NCBI GenBank assembly: GCA_964019335.1
Contig: OZ025740.1
Span: 310,001 to 374,000, forward strand
Direction of reading: 5' to 3'
DNA length: 64,000 nucleotides
Source of the DNA: Diplonema japonicum
Taxonomy: Eukaryota > Protista > Euglenozoa: Diplonemea
Shown here: in pieces, positions 10,177-21,382 of the stretch
How the letters are laid out: each line of letters starts with the position of its first letter
How positions within the stretch are numbered: the stretch's first letter is position 1
Notes under the pieces: model-generated
Told to the model about the DNA's origin: nothing
Seen by the model: only the letters and a program-made list of their open reading frames with translations
Databases searched by the model: none
Translations under genes and position numbers: made by a program

Positions 10177-12009
10177 TCACTCGAAGTCCCTTGCCCTCCT
10201 CGCCAAGACGAATGCAGCGATAGATCGAATGCCGACGAAGGCCGCAAGCATGATGAGGGTGTAGATCCACCAGTGGTCCCTGTTGATGCTGGAGTCGTGG
10301 ACAAGGGTTGCCACGACGTCCGAAGCCGCAGTGTTGTTGTCTGGGAGGTTCTTCTCCGAGAACTCGACGATGGTGCTGAGGGCCACCCCGTACTTCAGGA
10401 AGCAGCCCCACTGGATCCAACGCATGAAAACAGGGATCGCATCGCTTGTGATGAAGAACCCCGCAAACAGGATCTGAGGGACAAAGATGGCCGGCACAAG
10501 GTTCACTGCCGTCTCCGCACGAGTGGTCGATGCACCAAGCAGCAGCGCCGCCGACCCAGACACAGCTGCGAGGAGGGTCATCGCAAGCACGTGAAGAAAG
10601 AAGTCCCCTTGGTAGTCGACCAAGAAGTACACCGCAATAAGACCTACAAGCTGCTCAAAAAAGGCTACCGGAACGTCGATCATCGTCTTCGCAAGGAAGT
10701 AAGCTGCCGTCCCGTAGGTCCCTGTGATGTACTCCCTGATGAAGACCGGCCGCTCCAAAGGGAACACCAGCAGCAGCGGCTCCGCCGACAGGAACATCGT
10801 GTTGATGGATATGAAGACCAGCGCCCCCCAGTGGTTGTTCACCTCCTTCTCTACGTCCCCGCTGGTTCGGGCGTCCCCCCACTCGTCCCCAGCCCCCAAG
10901 AAGATGAGCCCTATGATGACGGACAGCACGATCGCCATCCCGAACCTGCTCATCAGTGTCATCTTGTCACGCAGCACTTGGTAGAACTCCCGCTTCACCA
11001 GGTGTCGGAACTGTGTCACGAAGGGTGCAGGGTTCGAGTCCCACATCCCAGACGCTGCTGAGGAGACACCTTCGATCTCGCTCCCCTCCTTCATGATGGT
11101 CTGCACGGTCTGGATCAAGGGCTGCACCTTGTCATCTGAGAGGGTCTGCAGGAGGTGCATCGCGAAGTCGGCGGGGTTGTAGTTTGGTTTGCAGTGGTGG
11201 CCGTGTGCCGCGAAGTGCTCCGCCACCCCCTCCACGGGCCCGTTGTACACCATCTGCCCGTAGCGCAGCAGCATCACACGGTGGAACAGGTCGAACACCT
11301 CACTGGAGGGCTGGTGGATCGTGCACACGATGGTGCACCCCGCCTCCGCCAACCCCCGGAGGATCTTCACGAGTTCAAACGCGTTGTGCGAGTCCAGCCC
11401 ACTCGTCGGCTCGTCCAAGAAGATCAGTGACGGTGACGAGATGAGCTCCACAGCCACCGCCGTCCGCTTCATCTCACCACCAGACAGCCCAGGCGACAGG
11501 ACGGACCCGATCAGCGTGTCGGCACAGCGGTCTAGGTTCAGCGAGTTGATCGCCCTGTTCACCAGCTCCTCCCTTTCCTCCTCACTCGAGTCGGGGAGCT
11601 TCAGGGCCGCCGTGAAGTGCAGGCATTCTCGAGGGGTCTGTGTCGCGAACAGAGCGTCCTTCTGCATCACGTAAGCAAGCTTCGTCTTGTACTGCTTCGG
11701 GTCCACAGCCTCCCCGTTCATCGTGATGCTCCCAGAAGCCCTTCCGTAAGGAGCCCTCCCCGCCAGCACGTTCATGAGGGTGCTCTTCCCCGCCCCAGAC
11801 GGGCCCATGATGGCGGTCAGCTCCCCAGGACGCAGCGTCCCACCCAGGTCGCTCAGGATCTGCTTCTTCTCACCCTTGCTCAGGTCCACAACGAAGTCGA
11901 GGTTGCTCCACTTCAGGGTGAGTGGCTCGATGAGCGACTTGTCATGGAAGCTGGTGCTGGTGGGGGCCTCCTCGTCGAAGGGGGCCGTCGTCGTTGGGGC
12001 GGTCGACAT
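10177..12009 (-). CDS. ABC transporter subfamily G half-transporter (NBD-TMD, White-like)
   Basis: GPSGAGKSTL, AYVMQKD, LSGGEMKR, FLDEPTSGLD, CTIHQP, and a C-terminal ABC2 membrane domain (ERPVFIRE, QILFAGFFI). Confidence 0.95.
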   Translation of the reverse strand: MSTAPTTTAPFDEEAPTSTSFHDKSLIEPLTLKWSNLDFVVDLSKGEKKQILSDLGGTLRPGELTAIMGPSGAGKSTLMNVLAGRAPYGRASGSITMNGEAVDPKQYKTKLAYVMQKDALFATQTPRECLHFTAALKLPDSSEEEREELVNRAINSLNLDRCADTLIGSVLSPGLSGGEMKRTAVAVELISSPSLIFLDEPTSGLDSHNAFELVKILRGLAEAGCTIVCTIHQPSSEVFDLFHRVMLLRYGQMVYNGPVEGVAEHFAAHGHHCKPNYNPADFAMHLLQTLSDDKVQPLIQTVQTIMKEGSEIEGVSSAASGMWDSNPAPFVTQFRHLVKREFYQVLRDKMTLMSRFGMAIVLSVIIGLIFLGAGDEWGDARTSGDVEKEVNNHWGALVFISINTMFLSAEPLLLVFPLERPVFIREYITGTYGTAAYFLAKTMIDVPVAFFEQLVGLIAVYFLVDYQGDFFLHVLAMTLLAAVSGSAALLLGASTTRAETAVNLVPAIFVPQILFAGFFITSDAIPVFMRWIQWGCFLKYGVALSTIVEFSEKNLPDNNTAASDVVATLVHDSSINRDHWWIYTLIMLAAFVGIRSIAAFVLARRARDFE

Positions 12010-12030
12010 AGTTTTGCAGTAGTTTATTTC

Positions 12031-12131
12031 CTGGAAGAATTTGGAGGGGGTAGGGTTTATTTAAAGATAATAATAAAAGGAAAAGAAAAGGTGCAATAAA
12101 CGCATAGAAGAAAGAAAATGAGTGCTAGATA
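12031..12131 (-). promoter_or_regulatory. Polypyrimidine tract + AG, candidate trans-splice acceptor of the ABCG gene
   Basis: Coding strand reads ...TTCTTCCAG|GAAATAAACTACTGCAAAACT-ATG. The AG lies at 12031-12032. Confidence 0.5.
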
Positions 12132-12233
12132 GAGTACTTTCTTTTTTTTTTATTTCCTGTATACCACACTTACCCCCGCTGGTAGTTGCTGGTTCTTTTG
12201 CATTTTACTTTTTTTATATTTTTTTTCTTCTTT

Positions 12234-13169
12234 TTACTCACTGTATACTATATTTACCCAAGCTGGTATCTCAGCCTTCAAGCTGTTAAAACTGTCAATA
12301 CCTCTTCTAAAAACGATGGTTTCTAGTTTTTCGCATCTTTTAAAGTTACATAAACCAATGGAAGAGAGATTGGCCATCAAGCTCAAGTCGATGATTTCCA
12401 GTTTTTTGCACCCAGACAAGAAGCAAGAACCAAACGAAGAAAGAGTGACCATGGAACTCAAGTCGATAGTTTCTAGTTTTTTGCACTCTGACAAGAAGTA
12501 AGAACCAATAGAATAAAAATAGGTCATTGCATTCAAGTCGATGGTTTCTAGATTTATGCACCTAAACAAGAAGTAATCACTAATGGAGGTAACATTGGTC
12601 ATCGAATTCAAATTGATGGTTTCTAGATTACTGCACCCTGATAGAAATTCATCGCCAATGGTAGAAACACTGGGGAGGATGAGATCAACAGACGTCAGGT
12701 GTCACATTTCCGAAGAAACGAATATTTTATTCTTGTAACACAGCCTGTGGAGTCGGTGACGACAAGGAACCGAAGTCCAGAAGGAAGGTCACTGCTGCTC
12801 ATGGACAAGACTTCGACAGCTGGAGAGTCCCCCACCTCCACCACCAGAACCAGCTCAGGGTCAGCTGACACAAGACCCTCAAGCTCAGAAACCACTTCTG
12901 AGTTCTTGTCCTTCAGCTCTTCCAGACGGACTGTTCTCCTCTTGTTCACCTCCACATGGACCACGGAGCCCTCCACGAGCCCAAGTGAATGAACCTCTTC
13001 ACCACTGTTCCTGTCCAGGACCTCTCCCTCCCAAACCAGTTTGAACTTGCCTTCGAGTAAACCAGCAGCACACCCAGCCTTCTTGTACAGGCTCCCCACC
13101 GTCTCCTTCCGACACTTCCACATCGTGAACCCCGCCTCCTGTCTTCACGAACACTGTCATATCGTTCAT
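12234..13169 (-). pseudogene. UBL + LRR copy 3, two frameshifts (6 LRR units)
   Basis: 2-nt deletion near 13110 and 1-nt deletion near 12700 relative to paralogs. Pieces lie in ORFs 12999..13202, 12695..13123 and 12234..12611. Confidence 0.85.
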
Positions 13170-13452
13170 TTTTTGATTGTGTTTCTGTTTTGTTAAAGGC
13201 AATTTTCAATGTTCAAGTGGAAATCAATAGGTGGCTGAAGTGATTAAGATAGGGAAAATAAAACTCGATTAAAATATATATGAGATCAACAGACGTCGGG
13301 GGGTATTAAGGTGGCTGAAATGTTGTTGAAAGGGAAAGAATATCTGATCACAAGATTTTTATTGCTTCTCTTTTTCTTTTTCTTTTCATGACACCCTTCT
13401 TATGTTACACTTGGTTCTCTTTTCCTTTTTGTTCTTCCTTTTTCTTTTCTTT

Positions 13453-14859
13453 CATAGTGTCCAGGGTTAACCGATCACCTTCGGGTTTTGAAACCCGACC
13501 CGAGCAATTTTAGATTTTCGATCACAGTCGGGTTAATGATCGGTTTTTTTCTAATTTCGGATCGGTTTGATTGGTTTATGATCGGTTTTTTTCTAATTTC
13601 GGATCGGTCTGATCGGTTTTTTTTAATTTCGGATCGGTTTATGATCGGTTTTTTTAATTTCGGATCGGTTTGATCAATCCAAAACCCATATTTCTGGCAA
13701 AAAATACCAAGACCATGCTCAAATTTTTTTTTTTCAAAAACCCTATTTTGACGATCTGAGCCCATTCCAGCCATTAAAACCCAAAATAGAGCCTTATTTA
13801 AGGCCTTAAATGCAGTTTTGAAAAAACTGGTTTTCGGACTTTTTTATTATTTTCGTAAGAACTCACCCCAAATACTTTTTTTTAGGATAAAATGTCCGAC
13901 ACTTGTTCCTCTTCCTCTTCTGAAGAATCTGTGACTTCTTCAGAGGTGCGATACAAGACTCAGCTCTTGGAGAAGAGCAGGGACCAGCTGGTGGCCCATG
14001 CCAAAAGGAGGAAATTAAGCTCCGTAGTTTCAATGTTTTTCATTATTGACTTTCGTGCCCAGTTAAAAACCCGCCAAAAACAGGGAGAATGCCGATTTTC
14101 GGGAGATAATCCTTTTCTAAGTTGTTTCGATGCAGGCGTTGTGTACCTGGGAGGTCTGGGAGACGAATAGAAGGGTTATAAGTATGGTTGCATGCTCTCC
14201 TCCCGTTCTAATTATTGATTTTTGATTTCGCTCCTATTTAAACAGAAAAAAGAAGAAAAACCGCCAAAAAAAGCGAAAAAACAGCTTTTCGGGAAAATAA
14301 TCCTTTTCTAAGTCGTTTTGATGCTCCCTGGGGTCGGCTTTGTGTATCTGGGGGGCCCGGGGGACGAATAAAAGGGTTATTATATGCATGGTTGCGTGCT
14401 CTCCTCCCGTTTTAATTATTGACTTTTGATTTCGCTCCCAATTAGGATCCTGCCTGAAACAGGGAAGCACCAGCTTTTCGGGAAAATAATCCTTTTCTAT
14501 GTCATTTTGATGCTCCCTGGGGTCGGCTTTGTGTATCTGGGGGCCCGGGGGATGAAACGAAGGGTTTTAAGCATGATTGCATGCTCTCCTCCTGTTTTAA
14601 TTTGATTTTCGATTTTTTTTGTTTTTTCGCTTTTAATTAAAAACCCGTCAAAAAAAGCGAAAAAACAGCTTTTCGAGAAAATAATCCTTTTCTAAGTCGT
14701 TTTGATGCTCCCTGGGGCCGGCTTTGTGTATCTGGGGGGCCCGGGATACGAATATAAGGGTTTTAAGCATGGTTGCATGCTCGCCTTTCATTTGACGTCA
14801 ATTTAAAACCCGATTGTAATTAAAAACCCGCGGGTGATCGGTTAACCCTGGATACTATG
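13453..14859. mobile_element. Non-autonomous DNA transposon with 27-bp TIRs and internal tandem repeats
   Basis: CATAGTGTCCAGGGTTAACCGATCACC ... GGTGATCGGTTAACCCTGGATACTATG (1 mismatch), flanked by direct TTCTTTTCTTT. ATCGGTTT subterminal repeats at 13510-13680 and about 4 long repeats at 14060-14790. Confidence 0.9.
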
Positions 14860-15010
14860 TTCTTTTCTTTTTTATCTCCTTCGTCCTACTCATCTCTATT
14901 CAATTTCAACAATTCCACTATTTTTTTTCTCATCCAGTTGCCTGGGTACTCATCTCTTTCCACAAGCTTTGCTGGTTCTTTAGCACTTTACACTTTCTTC
15001 TTCTTCTTCT

Positions 15011-15040
<30 letters not shown>

Positions 15041-15046
<6 letters not shown>

Positions 15047-16003
15047 ACTGAATGCTATACTTACCCTATCTGGTTTCATAACCTCTAAGATGCTAAAACT
15101 GTTACTGCCTCTTCTCAAAACGATGGTTTCTAGTTTTTCGCACCTTAACAAGAAGGAAGAACCAATGGAATAAAGATTGGTCATCGAGCTCAAGTCGATG
15201 GTTTCTAGTTTTTTGCACCCAGACAAGAAGCCAGCACCAATGGAATAAATATTGGTCATCTCATTCAAGTCAATGGTTTCTAGATTTCTGCACCCTGACA
15301 AGAAACCAGCACCAATAGAATAAATATTGGTCATCCCATTCAAGTTGATGGTTCTTAGATTTGCACACCTTGACAAGAAGTAATGACCAATGGAATAAAG
15401 ATTGGTCATTGAGCTCAAGTCGATGGTTTCTATTTTAGTGCACCCTGATAGAAATTCATCACCAATGGTAGAAACATTGGGGAGGATGAGATCAACAGAT
15501 GTCAGGTAATAGCTATCAAGAAGAAACAAAGATTTTATTCTTGTAACACAGCCTGTGGAGTCGGTGACAACAAGGAACCGAAGTCCAGAAGGAAGGTCAC
15601 TGCTGCTCATGGACAAGACTTCGACAGCTGGAGAGTCCCCCACCTCCACCACCAGAACCAGCTCAGGGTCAGCTGACACAAGACCCTCAAGCTCAGAAAC
15701 CACTTCTGAGTTCTTGTCCTTCAGCTCTTCCAGACGGACTGTTCTCCTCTTGTTCACCTCCACATGGACCACGGAGCCCTCCACGAGCCCAAGTGAATGA
15801 ACCTCTTCACCACCGTTCCTGTCCAGGACCTCTCCCTCCCAAACCAGTTTGAACCTGCCTTCGAGTAAACCAGCAGCACACCCAGCCTTCTTGTACAGGC
15901 TCCCCACCGTCTCCTTCCCCGACACTTCCACATCGTGAGCCTCGCCTCCCGTCTTCACGAACACTGTCATATCGTTCACCCCTTCATCTGATCCCCCGTT
16001 CAT
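15041..16003 (-). CDS. UBL + BspA-type LRR protein, copy 4 (6 LRR units)
   Basis: Intact 320-aa ORF with the same N-terminus and a distinct C-terminal cap. Confidence 0.9.
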
Positions 16004-16199
16004 GTTCTTTTCTTTTCGTTCCTTTTCCTCACAAAAACCTTTTTTTGCTTGTGTTGAAGGCTTCAGAAGTGAAATGATGAAGAAAATTCACGATGATAGG
16101 AACGAAGTGGTTAGCAACAGCCTGCCGAGGAAAAAAAAAAAAGAAGAAGAAGAAAAAAAAAGAGACATTTAAGGGTACCTGCTGTATGTGGCAGGACGC

Positions 16200-16692
16200 C
16201 TAAAAAGAATGGTTAGAATGCTTTGATTGCAACACTAGGTGGCGTTAAAGGTCGCGAGAAACAGGATGGTACACTCAGGGATGGGATCTCGGGATTCTGA
16301 ATGAATCATAAGTGCCTCAGCCGCCTTTTGACTGGCATGCTACTTCGGCAGGTTAGTTGGTTGTTGTAGAGTTGTTGCGGAGGGGCAGGTCCCCGGTGTC
16401 TTCGAGATATTGGATTGCCTTTCGTGGGTTCTCCACAAGGATGTGTCTCAGCGTGTCGAAGTGTTTGTCCCTGCTTGCTTTGGATGACGGGCAGTCTAGG
16501 AAGAGATGTTGGAGGGTTCTCTTCGTGTTGAAGTAGTTGCAGGGCATTTCAGGAGGAGGTGTTCGAGCGTTCTCTCTGTTGCAGGTCTCCTTTTGCAAGT
16601 GCGTTGCTTGAAGGCAGAGAGCGCTCTCTGTTGCGGGTCCAACAGCCAAATCGGCGCACTTTGTTTTCCCACATAGGTGCTTCTACATTTGA
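16200..16692 (-). mobile_element. 3' fragment of a non-LTR retrotransposon (Ingi/I-clade-like zinc-knuckle tail); left boundary approximate
   Basis: Peptides TCKRRPATERTLEHLLLKCPA and CNYFNTKRTLQHLFLDCP in overlapping frames resemble the CCHC tails of LINE ORF2. Abrupt junction with the LRR sequence near 16693. Confidence 0.6.
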
Positions 16693-17457
16693 AGAATGAC
16701 CAATGGAACAAAGATTGGTCATCGCATTCAAGTTGATGGGTTCTAGGTATCTGCACCCAGCCAAGAAGTAATCACCAATGGAAAAAAGATTGGTCATCGC
16801 ATTCAAGTTGATGGTTTCTAGTTTGCCGCACTCACACAAGAAGTAATTACCAATGGAAGAAACATTGGTCATCGAATTCAAGTTGATGGTTTTTAGGCTA
16901 CAACACCCCTCTAAAAAGGATTTTTCAATAGTGGAAACATTGGGGAGGATGAGATCAACAGACGTCAGGTGGTGGCTATCTTTAAGAAACCTACTGCCTA
17001 TACTTGTAACACAGCCTGTGGAGTCGGTGACAACGAGGAACCGAAGTCCAGAAGGAAGGTCCTTCCTGTCCATGGACAAGACTTCGACAGCTGGAGAGTA
17101 CCCCACCTCCACCACCAGAACCAGCTCAGGGTCAGCTGACACAAGACCCTCAAGCTCAGAAACCACTTCTGAGCTCTTCAGCTCCTCCAGCTGAACTGTT
17201 TTCCTATTCACCTCCACATGGACCACGGAGCCCTCCACGAGCCCAAGTGAATGAACCTCTTCACCACCGTTCCTGTCCAGGACCTCTCCCTCCCAAACCA
17301 GTTTGAACTTGCCTTCGAGTAAACCAGCAGCACACCCAGCCTTCTTGTACAGGCTCCCCACCGTCTCCTTCCCCAACACTTCCACATCGTGAACCCCGCC
17401 TCCAGTCTTCACGAACACTGTCATATCGTTCACCCCTTCATCTGATCCCCCGTTCAT
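16693..17457 (-). pseudogene. UBL + LRR copy 5, truncated in its 5th LRR by the retroelement fragment
   Basis: Homology ends at ...MTNLCSIGH. The ORF reads into foreign sequence to 16549 and the C-terminal cap is absent. Confidence 0.8.
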
Positions 17458-17938
17458 GTTCTTTTCTTTTCGTTCCTTTTCCTCACAAAAACCTTTTTTT
17501 TGCTTGTGTTGAAGGCTTCAGAAGAATGAACAAGAATATCCTCTAGAAAATAATAACTTGTACTGCAAGGCGAACATTTTCACCCGTTCTAGGGAATACC
17601 CCGACGTTCCCGAGTGCGTCCCAAAGCGGGCTCTGTGTCAACTAAGCGGCGAAAACTACAGGGTACAGCAGCGAAGGAGGAACTTGATCTTTCGTACTTT
17701 CTGTTCTTGTGTCACTCTCAGAGATGCTCCACACTGTCACCTCTGACGTCACCCATTTCAGATCTCAGCAACGACTCTGTGTCTATTTGCAGTATTCACT
17801 TGTTGTCCTAACTTCGGTGTCAGGCACTTCCACACAACATTTGATCAGCTTCTCATCCCGTTTCGCAACTACAACCTGTGCAACTTCTCCAGGTGTGCGA
17901 ATCCGTTCCCCTCAGCAGGAAGCAGGCGAGGCGAAGTC

Positions 17939-18910
17939 CTAACCTTCGCATAAGACGAGCACCTTGCTGTCCCCTGTCACGAAGTACCCGTGGGTGGGGG
18001 TGGTGGTGATCCCTACGACGCTTGCCATGTCGATATCTCCAAGGCGCTCCAAGGCTTCCGGTTTCCTAATGGAGTACACCACCACACCATCGGGCTTACT
18101 AGCATAGAGCACAGTGCCAGAGAGGGAAATAGTCGAAGAAGGCAGGTAGTGGGTGGCCAGCGCGTCACCAGCGTGAGAGAAGATGGACAAGATGTCCCGC
18201 CCAAGAATAACAAAATAGGTCTCGGAGATAGAAATATCACCGCATGGGGTAGAAATGCGCATGCCAAAAGGGATCACCTCGGTGGGACCTTGCATTTTGT
18301 ACAGCATTGCGCTCCACCCAGAGGACACTATTAAGTGTGGATACTTCACCACCACGTGGAGGGACGTGTCGTGTGTGATGGACCCCACGTGCTTGAAGCT
18401 GCCGTGGTCGGTGGTGGGGAGAAAGACGTGCACTCCATAGGACCCAAGTGCAATGTACAAGTAATCGCCGTAAGTGGCCATTGCGAACTGTGGGGCATCA
18501 GGGAAGCCTTCTAAGGGGAAGATTCTGGCTTCTTGTTCGTTGAACAGCAATAGGCCTCCATTTGCGTTCGGCCTGCTCACCGCCACCCACTCCCTTCCTG
18601 TGGCGTGATAAGGTATCGCACTGTGAGCGTTTGCCACTTCAGCCTCGAAACGCACTCCATAGCTGACGTCGAGTCTCACACCGTCTGCCCTTCTCCGGAC
18701 GTGTAGCTCTTCCCCATCAGTGAGCGAGAGGTCCGACACCTTCTCTTCCTCTCGATCCAGAACCACATCCTGCCACAGCAAGTCATATAGGTCGCTGCTT
18801 AAATGCGCCTTCTTCTCCACTTCTCTTCTTAAGTCTCCCACTACCCAGCTGTGCTCGACTTCGATGCCCACTGACTCGGGGCCCACCTTGACAATCACTG
18901 AGATGGGCAT
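17939..18910 (-). CDS. Ubiquitin-like domain + putative beta-propeller (LVIVD-like) protein
   Basis: N-terminal UBL-like pattern (ISVIVKVG..IEVEHSWVVGDLR..LLWQDVVLD..LTDGEELHV). Beta-rich blades such as GDYLYIALGSYGVHVF and GTVLYASKPDGVVVYSI. Confidence 0.7.
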   Translation of the reverse strand: MPISVIVKVGPESVGIEVEHSWVVGDLRREVEKKAHLSSDLYDLLWQDVVLDREEEKVSDLSLTDGEELHVRRRADGVRLDVSYGVRFEAEVANAHSAIPYHATGREWVAVSRPNANGGLLLFNEQEARIFPLEGFPDAPQFAMATYGDYLYIALGSYGVHVFLPTTDHGSFKHVGSITHDTSLHVVVKYPHLIVSSGWSAMLYKMQGPTEVIPFGMRISTPCGDISISETYFVILGRDILSIFSHAGDALATHYLPSSTISLSGTVLYASKPDGVVVYSIRKPEALERLGDIDMASVVGITTTPTHGYFVTGDSKVLVLCEG

Positions 18911-18940
18911 GGTGGTGCGCCTCCCTTTGCGGTGAGCGAA

Positions 18941-19020
18941 ATTTTACCTAATAAAAATTGCTCATCACGCTGCCATCAAACTAGTTTTTTTTATTCTCGA
19001 CAATATCATTTGTTAAAAAC
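18941..19020. repeat. Dispersed short repeat TTTACCTAATAAAA..GCTCAT.ACGCTGCCATCAAACTA
   Basis: Other copies at about 21789-21865, partial at 22877-22905, and the GCTGCCATCAAAC core at 38564. Confidence 0.65.
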
Positions 19021-19487
19021 AAAAGAAAGGAGGAGGAGGAGGGGGGGGGGGGGGGGGGAGGAAACGAAGAATAAAAAAGGGGGGGGGGTGCTAACGTAAC
19101 AACACTAAACACAATAGTGGTGTTCCTGAAGCCACAGTTTCATTCTCGCAGGCAAGTAGAGATAATATGAAAGATTTTTTTTTTATTTTTTTTTATTATA
19201 TATATGTCATCATTGGGAGGGCTGTCCGGTCCATGTCCCACGGAGCTGGGCCTTCAATCTTCTTGTGTCGATCTTCCGTATCTTGATGTGAAGTGGACGA
19301 ATACGTTCCTAAGCACAACTACACATGCTGCAGACCCACCACAGGGAGGCCTGGAAGCGAATTGAAGGAGCTCCTCACCGTATTCCACGAGATCTTCTTT
19401 CGCCGACACGGGTTGAACGCAACTACCCATGTGCATAGGTGCAAATAGGAATTCCCCCATTTTCTCTCCAGAAATTTTCGCTTTATA

Positions 19488-19518
<31 letters not shown>

Positions 19519-19562
19519 CTTTAAATTTTATTTGTGCTTCCCACACAGTGTAAGATAAGGGG

Positions 19563-20124
19563 TCATGCGCCAGGGCATCTCCCAAGGCACAGTGTGTTGC
19601 ACCACTTGGCGTGGCCCCGCTGGGAGACCATGAACTGCCGCTGCCATGCAGCTGCGTCGTGGTGCAGTGCATCAACGGCCGCTGCGATGTGTTGCGGCGT
19701 GGCAGGGTGCGGGAGGGTGTCGTGCGGGGGAAGCCTGTCGTGGGACCTGTCCTTGCGCAAAACGAGAAAAGACGTGAATCGCATCCACTGCCCAGGCGCC
19801 AGACGGCCTGCCACCCCTACCACAGCCCGTAAGGGCAACGAGTACAAAACCCCAGGCACAAACCGCAACGCATGCCCAGCAACCGTCTCAGCCCCGTCCG
19901 CAAAGTTGCGAAAAGACAACACAGTCCCACACTTGACACAGGAATCGACTTCATACAAAGATGCTCCATCTTGCAAGGAGTGGCACTGAGGACATGAATA
20001 CATTTTTGCAGACACCACAGAGACCTTCACACACGCCGACCGCCTGCGGTGCACACCAGCTACAAAATTCTGCAGCAAGATAGCAGCTGCCTGGAACACC
20101 ATGCCCGCCCCTTCAGCGACAACG
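19563..20124 (-). CDS. Partial gene running out of the assembly gap; IQ-like motif and CxxC...CxxC zinc ribbon
   Basis: AAILLQNFVAGVHRRR, CPQC...CVKC. GC-rich and open up to the N gap. Confidence 0.45.
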
Positions 20125-20324
20125 NNNNNNNNNNNNNNNNNNNNNNNNNNNNNNNNNNNNNNNNNNNNNNNNNNNNNNNNNNNNNNNNNNNNNNNNNNNN
20201 NNNNNNNNNNNNNNNNNNNNNNNNNNNNNNNNNNNNNNNNNNNNNNNNNNNNNNNNNNNNNNNNNNNNNNNNNNNNNNNNNNNNNNNNNNNNNNNNNNNN
20301 NNNNNNNNNNNNNNNNNNNNNNNN
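20125..20324. other. Assembly gap (200 N)
   Basis: Run of N. Confidence 1.
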
Positions 20325-20507
20325 CGACTACACCTAGGCCGAGGTGCGCCCCTGTAATCAAGTAGACAGTTTTTGTCCAACCTCCACACTGTATCCTGTA
20401 TATAAATTATCGAATTTATTTTTTTTTTCTTTTTTTCTTTTTGTTCCTTGTGTTGTCTCTATTCTTTTTTTTTTTTTTTTAATTTTTGGGGGAAAGAGTA
20501 TTTTCTC

Positions 20508-20541
<34 letters not shown>

Positions 20542-20550
20542 GAGAGAGTC

Positions 20551-20687
20551 GGTTGATTGTTGTTTGTGCACAGCCGGGATTAACCTGTAGAAGGATAAGC
20601 CCAACAATGCCACCACTACTCTTTTTAGCACTAACAATTCAAATTTCAATATATTGTTTTTCTTGTTCATGCAAAGAAAAAAAAAAA
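20551..20687 (+). mobile_element. Short poly(A)-tailed SINE-like repeat
   Basis: TTGTTTGTGCACAG..TTAACCTGTAGAAGGATAAGCCCAACAATGCCACCACTACTC...TTGTTCATGC followed by an A-rich tail. Six copies in the window, in both orientations. Confidence 0.65.
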
Positions 20688-20795
20688 TTCACTATGATAG
20701 GAACGAAGTGGTTAGCAACGGCCCACCAAAAAAAGAAAAAAAAAACCCCCTACAAGGGCACAAATCTCACAACAGGAAAAGAGAAATTAATTTCT

Positions 20796-20836
<41 letters not shown>

Positions 20837-21112
20837 CCAGCACCCTGAAAATTAGAAGGAAAAAAGAGTCGATTTTCAGCATTTGTTCGGAAATCCTAAG
20901 ATAAATAATATGCATATTACCACTACTCTTTTTTTTACCTCATACAAGCAAACTGAGTTGGAAAAAAAAAGAACCAGGCTGAAGACAACAAGAAATTAAG
21001 GGGCATTTCAGAGGGGGAAAGGCTATTTTAAGGCAAATCCACTTGAGGACCACCCTTGAAGAAAAGAAAAATACATAAAGGTGTCTAACTACTCTAACAT
21101 GTAAATTTTGGA

Positions 21113-21143
<31 letters not shown>

Positions 21144-21345
21144 GCTTTTTGCTCAGCACAATACAAATAAATTATGTCTTTTTTTTTTTTTTTTTTTTTT
21201 TTCCTCTTTTTTTTCAGGATAAATAAATGCAACAAAAAGAAAGAGAGAGGGGGGGGGGGGGGGGGAAACGGTTGGAGAGAAAGAGGTAACACGGGGTTGG
21301 AACGAAAGAAAAAGAACAAAATGAATGATGAAAAAAGCAGGCTTA

Positions 21346-21382
<37 letters not shown>

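Noticed and set aside
574-17457. Diversity-generating retroelement as the cause of LRR variation
   Set aside because: No template repeat or DGR reverse transcriptase is visible, and the changes do not look adenine-specific.
17520-17938. Coding-like continuation after the UBL-propeller stop
   Set aside because: Several stops in the continuing frame and no recognisable motif.
20049-20389. ORFs spanning the N run
   Set aside because: Artefacts of the assembly gap.
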